Shown here: one piece after another, positions 58,063 through 64,000 of the stretch
How the letters are laid out: each line of letters begins with the position of its first letter
How positions within the stretch are numbered: position 1 is the stretch's first letter
Assembly: GCA_964460615.1 (NCBI GenBank)
Contig: CAYWPX010000002.1
Span: 7,220-71,219 of the forward strand
DNA: 64,000 bases
Origin: an uncultured Planctomycetia bacterium
GTDB taxonomy: Bacteria > Omnitrophota > Gorgyraeia > CAYWPX01
Direction of reading: 5' to 3'
Made by a program: the position numbers and the translations under genes
Notes under the pieces: generated by a model
Told to the model about the DNA's origin: nothing
Seen by the model: only the letters and a program-made list of their open reading frames with translations
Databases searched by the model: none

Positions 58063-58376
58063 TGGCGCGCCCGACCTGACTCGAACAGGTGACCCTCTGC
58101 TTAGCTTACCGCACCGAATTACTTCGGCTCCCAATAATACTTTGGGATTGTGGTCTGGACTTTCTCTTAGGCATTTCAGCCTCGCCGTGTAAAGTCTCTA
58201 CACTTCCCCACATTAATTAGGGGTAGCTCGGTATTGTCCTGAATCACAGGATGTTCACCGAATTAGCGGCGTCCACTTCATAAGTTCAATTCCCTATGAA
58301 GGCTCCCAACGTTGTCCCACGCTTACTTTTCATAAGCTTAGGCTCCTACTGAAGGCAGATGCTCTATCCAACTGAG
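58063..58376 (-). tRNA. tRNA-Arg (UCU) interrupted by a 237-nt intron in the anticodon loop
   Basis: 5' exon GCGCCCGTAGCTCAGTTGGATAGAGCATCTGCCTT (58376-58342) and 3' exon CTAAGCAGAGGGTCACCTGTTCGAGTCAGGTCGGGCGCGCCA (58104-58063) join to a perfect 77-nt cloverleaf with anticodon loop CU-UCU-AA. Confidence 0.65.
58105..58341 (-). ncRNA. group I (self-splicing) intron candidate inserted between tRNA positions 34 and 35
   Basis: The 5' exon ends in U and the intron ends in G (GGTAAG). R-like element GTAGAGACTTTACAC and S-like element AAAGTCCAGACC can form P7 (GACTT/AAGTC) with a P8-like hairpin AGGCTGAAATGCCT between them. No ORF inside. Confidence 0.5.
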
Positions 58377-58459
58377 CTACGGGCGCACAAAAACAGTACA
58401 CTGTTCTCAGTACACAGTATACAGTTCTTTCTGTGTACTTTGTACATTGTACAGTGTAC

Positions 58460-58981
58460 TTATTTATAATATCTCGCTGTCACTTCATCCCACTTATTCT
58501 GGGATTTAAGGATTATGTCAATGACTTCTCTGGCAGCACCTCTGCCGCCGGATTTTTCAGTCGTGTAATGGGTGATCTCTTTTACCTCATTAACTGAGTT
58601 TGGGACCGAAACCGCCAATCCGACCCTTTTTAAAATCGGTATATCTATAAGATCATCCCCGATAAAACAAACTTCATCAGGGGACAGTCTTAATTTCTTT
58701 ATAAGTTTTTCAAAAATCTTTAATTTATCATGATGATTCTGAAAAACATACTTAACTTTAAGTTCTTTGGCTCTGTTTCTTACTATCTTTGAAGCCTTGG
58801 CGGTAATAATGGCAACTTTTATTCCTGCCCTATGAAGCAGGATTATGCCAAGTCCGTCCTGTACATCGAAAAATTTTAATTCATCCCCGTAATTGCCGTG
58901 AATGATCCTGCCGTCAGTAAGAACTCCATCAATATCAAATATAACCAGTTTTATCTTCTTAGCTCTATCATCAATTGTCAT
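58460..58981 (-). CDS. kdsC: 3-deoxy-D-manno-octulosonate 8-phosphate phosphatase (HAD family)
   Basis: LVIFDIDGVLTDGRI HAD motif I; size and context fit. Confidence 0.75.
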   Translation of the reverse strand: MTIDDRAKKIKLVIFDIDGVLTDGRIIHGNYGDELKFFDVQDGLGIILLHRAGIKVAIITAKASKIVRNRAKELKVKYVFQNHHDKLKIFEKLIKKLRLSPDEVCFIGDDLIDIPILKRVGLAVSVPNSVNEVKEITHYTTEKSGGRGAAREVIDIILKSQNKWDEVTARYYK

Positions 58982-59029
58982 ATTTTCACCTGCTTTTACT
59001 TTTTAACTGTTAACTTATTTCACTGTCAA

Positions 59030-59986
59030 CTAAACAATTCCTGCTCTCAACAAATCCTGGACATCAAGTAAGCCTATCGGCCTGTGGTTCTTATCTACCA
59101 CGGGGACTTCGTCTATCTTTTTTGCCTGCATTATCTTAAGCGCTTCGGCTGCCAAGCAGTCCTTAGATATTGTAACCGGGTTTTTTGTCATCACATCCTT
59201 AATTTTTTTATTTACAATATCCGCGTTTTTCTCCAAATGCCTCCTTAGATCGCCGTCAGTGAATATCCCCAAAAGCTTCCCTTTTTTATCCACTACGCTT
59301 GCTGAGCCGGCGCGTGCGTTTGTAATCTCTAAAAGAACGTCCTTTACGACACTGTCTTCTCTCACAATGGGATTAAGCCCGTCTTTCCTCATTATATCAG
59401 ATACTAGTAATAAAAGTTTTTTTCCTAAACTCCCTCCGGGATGAAATAACGCAAAATCTTCCGCCTTAAAACCTTTTTTATCTAAAAGAGCTACTGCTAT
59501 AGCATCTCCCATGGCAAGCATCGCAGTAGTACTCGCAGTAGGCGCCAAGTTCATCGGGCAAGCTTCCTTTTTTACCTCTACATCAATAACACAGTCGCTA
59601 TTCTTTGCCAAAGTTGACTTAGTATTGCCGACCATTGATATCAACTTAGCACCAATTCTTTTAATTATAGGAAGAAGCTTGATTATCTCTTCGGTCTCGC
59701 CGCTATTTGAGATAGCTATCACACAATCTTCTTTCGTGACTCTTCCAAGATCCCCGTGAAGCGCTTCCGCAGGATGCAAAAATAAACTAGGGGTTCCCGT
59801 AGATGACAAAGTGGCGGAGATTTTTTGCGCAATAAAACCGGGTTTACCCATACCGGTGACAATGACTCTGCCTTTAGTGGCGTATAGTATATCAATTGAA
59901 CACTCAAAAGTCTTGTCAATTTTTTTGATAAGGCTCCCTACTGCGTCTCGCTCTATCTGTAGGACTTTTTTTGCTTTATTCTGCAT
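59030..59986 (-). CDS. kdsD: arabinose-5-phosphate isomerase (SIS plus CBS pair), KpsF/GutQ family
   Basis: SIS domain GRVIVTGMGKPGFIAQKISATLSSTGTPSLFLHPAEALHGDLG and a C-terminal CBS pair. Confidence 0.85.
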   Translation of the reverse strand: MQNKAKKVLQIERDAVGSLIKKIDKTFECSIDILYATKGRVIVTGMGKPGFIAQKISATLSSTGTPSLFLHPAEALHGDLGRVTKEDCVIAISNSGETEEIIKLLPIIKRIGAKLISMVGNTKSTLAKNSDCVIDVEVKKEACPMNLAPTASTTAMLAMGDAIAVALLDKKGFKAEDFALFHPGGSLGKKLLLLVSDIMRKDGLNPIVREDSVVKDVLLEITNARAGSASVVDKKGKLLGIFTDGDLRRHLEKNADIVNKKIKDVMTKNPVTISKDCLAAEALKIMQAKKIDEVPVVDKNHRPIGLLDVQDLLRAGIV

Positions 59987-60069
59987 TGTTCACCATTAAT
60001 TAAGAAGTCAGAGAACAGAAAAATCTTTTTTTTATCTGTTTTCTGTTATCTATTTTCTGTCTTCTCTTT

Positions 60070-60894
60070 TTATAAACTTCTAACAACATCCCCAAGCGTC
60101 TTCATTTTCACTAATAGCTCTTCCAGGTCCTTAAGCGCGATCGAATTCGGACCGTCACATAAAGCCTTTTTAGGATTTTCGTGTACCTCTATAAATATCG
60201 CATCGGCCCCCACCGAGATCGCCGCCATCACTAGCCCCGGGACAAATTTACTTTCTCCCCCGCTGGAACAACCCTCGCCTCCGGGAAGCTGCACAGAATG
60301 CGTAGCATCATAAACTATCGGATAGCCCAATTCTTTCATTATCATAATTGAGCGAAAATCGCTTACCAGATTATTATAGCCGAAGCTTACTCCCCGCTCA
60401 GTGATAGTAACTTTTTTATTGCCAGATTCGGTGATCTTATCAATGATATTTTTAATATCCCAAGGCGCTAAGAATTGTCCTTTTTTGATATTTATGATCT
60501 TTCCTGTTTTTGCAGCTGCGACGACAAGGTCTGTCTGCCTGCACAAGAAAGCGGGTATCTGGATTATATCTAAAACCTCTTTAGCGTCCTTTATCTGGTC
60601 TATGTTATGCACATCGCTAAGTATCGGAAGGTCAAATTTATCCTTAACCTCTTTTAATATTTTCAATCCCTCTTTAAGCCCGGGGCCCCTGAAAGATTTT
60701 ACCGATGACCTATTAGCTTTATCATAGCTAGCTTTGAAAATATAAGGGATATCAAGCCTGTCTGTCAGTTCTTTAACAAATTTAGCATGCCTAATGGCGC
60801 TTTCGCGGCTTTCAATAACACACGGGCCGGCGATCAACACAACAGGGTTATTTTTGCCGCCTATTTTCACTTTATCTATTTTTATCTCATTCAT
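60070..60894 (-). CDS. kdsA: 3-deoxy-8-phosphooctulonate synthase (KDO8P synthase)
   Basis: Classic KdsA blocks LIAGPCVIESRE...PYIFKASYDKANRSS...GLKIL...TDVH. Confidence 0.85.
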   Translation of the reverse strand: MNEIKIDKVKIGGKNNPVVLIAGPCVIESRESAIRHAKFVKELTDRLDIPYIFKASYDKANRSSVKSFRGPGLKEGLKILKEVKDKFDLPILSDVHNIDQIKDAKEVLDIIQIPAFLCRQTDLVVAAAKTGKIINIKKGQFLAPWDIKNIIDKITESGNKKVTITERGVSFGYNNLVSDFRSIMIMKELGYPIVYDATHSVQLPGGEGCSSGGESKFVPGLVMAAISVGADAIFIEVHENPKKALCDGPNSIALKDLEELLVKMKTLGDVVRSL

Positions 60895-60897
60895 GAT

Positions 60898-62433
60898 CTA
60901 CCTCAAAAAATATCCAGGAGAAGTAAGTGCCAGATCTGTCGTAACATTTATCCCGAGTTTCCTTAGTCCGCCCTCATCGCCTCGCGTCGGTATATGAGTG
61001 ATATGCATATCGCAATCTTTCAATTCCTTGAGCTTTTTTATACAGGCCTCTGCCGCCGGGTTAACGCTAGAGCTCATAGATAATACTACAAGAGTTTCCT
61101 CCAGGTCAAGGCTTTCTGAATTTAAGCCAAGTATATCTTTTTTAAAATACTTGAGATTCTCGATCAAATTCTTTGGTATCAAATGCATATCATCCGGTAT
61201 CTTGGCCATAAATTTAAGTGCGTTTATCACCGCACTCGATGCCGCGTGCATTAACGGCGAATTTTTCCCGATAATAATTTCTCCTGTTTTTAGCTCTATA
61301 GCCGCCCCGCAAAAAATACCTTTATTGCCCTTGCCGGTCTTCTCTGCGTCACTTGCCGCCAGGCGGGCATTTAAAACCGCTTTTCTGTCCTCCGGCTTTA
61401 ATCCCAGTTCCTGCATCAATAAAAAAGCTCTTTCGACCGTATCTTTTTTTTCTAGCCCTAAAAAATATTCTAAGTTATACCTAAAATACCTTCTTATTAT
61501 CTCTAATTTTGCAGCACACCTCACAGCCTCATCATCTACTATACCAAATCCTGCCCTATTAACACCCATATCTGTGGGAGAGTTATACATAGGGATATCT
61601 TTTGCGCCTTTTCCTACTATATGTTCAAGGATACTTCTTAATATCGGAAACGCCTCAACATCCCTGTTATAATTTATTGAAGTCTCGTTATAAGTCTTAA
61701 GATGGAATGGATCTACTAAATTAAAATCCTTCAGGTCCGCCGTTGCCGCCTCATAGGCCACATTAACCGGATGATCCAAAGGGATATTCCATATGGGAAA
61801 CGTCTCAAACTTAGCATATCCGGAATTTACCCCGTTTTTATGATCATGATAAAGCTGTGATAAACATGTGGATAACTTCCCGCTTCCGGGCCCCGGGGCA
61901 GTGACAACAACTATAGGCCTTTCAGTTTTTATATACTGATTTTTGCCATATCCATCAGGCCCGACTATCTTATCCACATCCGATGGGTAGCCTTCTATTT
62001 CAAAGTGCGTATATACTTTTATATTTCTTCTTTCAAGCTTGTTCTTTAATTTTATAGCTCCTGACTCATTCTTAAACCTCGTGAGCACTACTGCCGCTAC
62101 CTTAAGGTCCCAATCTTTCAGGTCATCCAAAGTCTTAAGCGCAGCAACATCATACGTCAATCCAAAGTCGCCTCGTATCCTGCCGGCTTCGATGTCATTT
62201 GAGTAGATACAGAAAATTATCTCAACTTTATCTTTAAGCCGCTGAAGAAGCTTTATCTTAACATTGGGATCGTATCCGGGTAAGACCCTCGCCGCGTGAT
62301 AATCAAAGCAGAGCTTGCCGCCAAACTCGAGATACAGCTTCTTATCAAATTTTGAAACACGTTCAAGTATGTACCGAGTCTGCTCGTCCAAATACTTTTC
62401 GTTATCAAATCCGCGATTTATTTTATTATACAT
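60898..62433 (-). CDS. DUF1846/UPF0371-family protein embedded in the KDO operon
   Basis: 511 aa; N-terminal GFDNEKYLDEQTRYILERVSKFDKKLYLEFGGKL recalled as characteristic of UPF0371. Overlaps kdsB by 8 bp. Confidence 0.4.
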   Translation of the reverse strand: MYNKINRGFDNEKYLDEQTRYILERVSKFDKKLYLEFGGKLCFDYHAARVLPGYDPNVKIKLLQRLKDKVEIIFCIYSNDIEAGRIRGDFGLTYDVAALKTLDDLKDWDLKVAAVVLTRFKNESGAIKLKNKLERRNIKVYTHFEIEGYPSDVDKIVGPDGYGKNQYIKTERPIVVVTAPGPGSGKLSTCLSQLYHDHKNGVNSGYAKFETFPIWNIPLDHPVNVAYEAATADLKDFNLVDPFHLKTYNETSINYNRDVEAFPILRSILEHIVGKGAKDIPMYNSPTDMGVNRAGFGIVDDEAVRCAAKLEIIRRYFRYNLEYFLGLEKKDTVERAFLLMQELGLKPEDRKAVLNARLAASDAEKTGKGNKGIFCGAAIELKTGEIIIGKNSPLMHAASSAVINALKFMAKIPDDMHLIPKNLIENLKYFKKDILGLNSESLDLEETLVVLSMSSSVNPAAEACIKKLKELKDCDMHITHIPTRGDEGGLRKLGINVTTDLALTSPGYFLR

Positions 62434-63160
62434 TAGCCTCTAATCTCGACTTGACCTTTTCAAGGTCATCGGGAGTATCCACCCCGATAGTATCAAATTT
62501 GGTCTCAACCATCTTTATCTTATAACCATTCTCTAAGACCCTCAGTTGCTCCAATGATTCGCATTTTTCGAGATATGACTTCGGAAGATTTGTATATTCA
62601 TAAAGAAAATCTTTTGTGTAGGCGTATATGCCCAGATGCTTATAATAAAGCTTTGCTTCTTCCTTTAATCTGGGGTATGGTATAGGACTGCGTGAAAAAT
62701 ATATCGCAAAACCATTCTTATCAACGATCACTTTTACGACATTGGGATTATTGATCTCATCAAGGTTTTCCATTTTCTTCATAAGGCTTGCCATGGAGAT
62801 ATTTTTATGATCAAGTATCGTCCTTACGAGGCTATCGACCATCTCCGCCTGGATCAAAGGCTCATCGCCCTGGATATTAACTATGACATTAACGTCTATT
62901 GCGTTAACGACCTCGGCGATCCTGTCTGTCCCGGTCATATGATCGGGAGAAGTGAACACCGCTTTACCGCCAAAACTTTTTATTACCTCCATAACTTCAT
63001 CATTATCAGTCGCTATAACCAGATCATCTAACATTTTGGCTTTTTTGCAATTTTCCCATATATGTTGAATGATCGGCTTCCCGTTCAAATCTGCAATAAC
63101 TTTTTTAGGGAATCTTGTCGAGCCAAACCTTGCGGGGATAACCCCGATCGCATTTTTCAT
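62426..63160 (-). CDS. kdsB: 3-deoxy-manno-octulosonate cytidylyltransferase (CMP-KDO synthetase)
   Basis: IPARFGSTRFPKK N-terminus and IVNIQGDEPLI motif. Confidence 0.85.
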   Translation of the reverse strand: MKNAIGVIPARFGSTRFPKKVIADLNGKPIIQHIWENCKKAKMLDDLVIATDNDEVMEVIKSFGGKAVFTSPDHMTGTDRIAEVVNAIDVNVIVNIQGDEPLIQAEMVDSLVRTILDHKNISMASLMKKMENLDEINNPNVVKVIVDKNGFAIYFSRSPIPYPRLKEEAKLYYKHLGIYAYTKDFLYEYTNLPKSYLEKCESLEQLRVLENGYKIKMVETKFDTIGVDTPDDLEKVKSRLEANV

Positions 63161-64000
63161 TTGGTCACTTCCTTTTCTATTCTTTCGATTAACTCATCGG
63201 GTGTCACGACAGCTATACCTACCTTGCCTACAACTATTCCGGCAGCGCAATTTGCTATGTGAGCAGCTTCAAGGGGCGTAGCACCGGCGCATAAAGCAAG
63301 AGTAAATGCGCTTATAACAGTATCCCCCGCTCCGCAGACATCAAAAACCTCCTGGGCTACTGTAGGGATCTTTGTCATATTGTTCTTTTCGAATAAACAC
63401 ATTCCATTTTCACCCAGTGTTATTAAAAGTGTCTGGGATTTTAACAGACCCATAAGTTTTTTCCCGGCCAAAGCCAGTGATTTGTCGTCCTTAATATCTA
63501 TATTTACCGCATTGCCTGCTTCAAAATGGTTGGGGGTAAGGCTCGTTACGCCTTTATAATACTCGAAATGCTCAATTTTAGGATCAACTGTAATGATCTT
63601 TTTGTGCGCCTTGCCAAGCTTGACTATCTCTTTGACCAATCTTGAAACTATCAGTCCTTTCCCGTAATCTTCAATTATTATGCCGTCTATAGAATCGATC
63701 TTCTTCTTGGCAAAATTAATTATGCCTGTGATTATATCCTCATCTATCGGGTCCGGTTTTTCTTTATCGATCCTTACCACCTGCTGATGATGGGCTATGA
63801 CCCTCGTCTTAAGCGTAGTAGGCCTTGATTTATCAATAAATACGCCTTCGGTATTAATCCCGAGCTTTTTAAGCTCCTTTGAAAGGATCCTTCCGCGCTC
63901 GTCTTTGCCAATGACGCTTGCTAAAGAAGAATTGCCATAAAGGGCTCTTATATTATTGGCTACGTTACTGGCACCGCCCGGCATGAAGCTCTCTCTATTC
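63157..64000 (-). CDS. PfkB-family carbohydrate kinase, likely D-glycero-beta-D-manno-heptose-7-phosphate kinase (HldE/RfaE domain I); 5' end beyond window
   Basis: GGASNVANN and the C-terminal DVCGAGDT(V) PfkB signature. The frame stays open upstream of the listed Met to the window edge. Confidence 0.6.
   Translation of the reverse strand, partial: NRESFMPGGASNVANNIRALYGNSSLASVIGKDERGRILSKELKKLGINTEGVFIDKSRPTTLKTRVIAHHQQVVRIDKEKPDPIDEDIITGIINFAKKKIDSIDGIIIEDYGKGLIVSRLVKEIVKLGKAHKKIITVDPKIEHFEYYKGVTSLTPNHFEAGNAVNIDIKDDKSLALAGKKLMGLLKSQTLLITLGENGMCLFEKNNMTKIPTVAQEVFDVCGAGDTVISAFTLALCAGATPLEAAHIANCAAGIVVGKVGIAVVTPDELIERIEKEVTK

Noticed and set aside
1-64000. Possibility of an alternative genetic code (UGA recoding, as in some candidate phyla)
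   Set aside because: Homology-supported genes terminate at TGA (for example the serine recombinase ...SCQN-TGA) and full-length alignments are intact under code 11.

Overview
The window is a 64-kb, low-GC chromosomal segment of a diderm (Gram-negative) bacterium, probably an anaerobe. Nearly all genes lie on the minus strand and the standard genetic code applies (TGA is used as a stop).

Gene content, left to right:
(1) An exopolysaccharide/O-antigen-type locus at 1-7.1 kb with a Wzy/ligase-like gene, a GT2 transferase, a nitroreductase-domain protein, a pyruvyl transferase, a Wzx flippase and a priming sugar transferase.
(2) A cluster of secreted and outer-membrane proteins at 7.2-15.1 kb: an HTH protein, a ShlB/FhaC-type POTRA transporter, a QueC/ExsB-like PP-loop protein, two PEP-CTERM proteins and a large repeat protein. 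Each gene is preceded by the same conserved ~16-21-bp motif.
(3) A lipid-type module (alpha/beta hydrolase, HxxxDG protein, thioester-reductase-family SDR), an ArsR regulator, a Pif1-like helicase with an MBL-fold hydrolase, an iron-sulfur-flavoprotein-like gene and a type V autotransporter.
(4) Two paralogous modules, each [~120-aa membrane protein] - [unannotated 44/46-aa single-TM ORF] - [NhaP-type K+/H+ antiporter]. The second copy has gained a CorA gene preceded by a structured leader RNA with tandem terminators.
(5) A polyamine island (pyruvoyl arginine decarboxylase, agmatinase, deoxyhypusine-synthase-like, homospermidine synthase and a truncated hss pseudogene copy), malic enzyme and a two-component system.
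(6) A di-iron/oxidative-stress cluster with rubrerythrin-like, cupin, hemerythrin and DUF488 genes.
(7) An ~11-kb integrative-element remnant at about 46.0-57.3 kb next to tRNA-His. It carries TerL and TerS-like genes, a ParB-MTase fusion, DUF2924 plus a large serine recombinase, and a tightly packed NurA-like / HerA-like ATPase / DNA methyltransferase operon. That operon is the best candidate for an undescribed restriction- or defense-like system.
(8) tRNA-His, tRNA-Pro and a tRNA-Arg(UCU) interrupted in the anticodon loop by a 237-nt group-I-like intron.
(9) A KDO/LPS-core operon (kdsC, kdsD, kdsA, DUF1846, kdsB, partial hldE-like kinase).

No CRISPR array and no rRNA are present.
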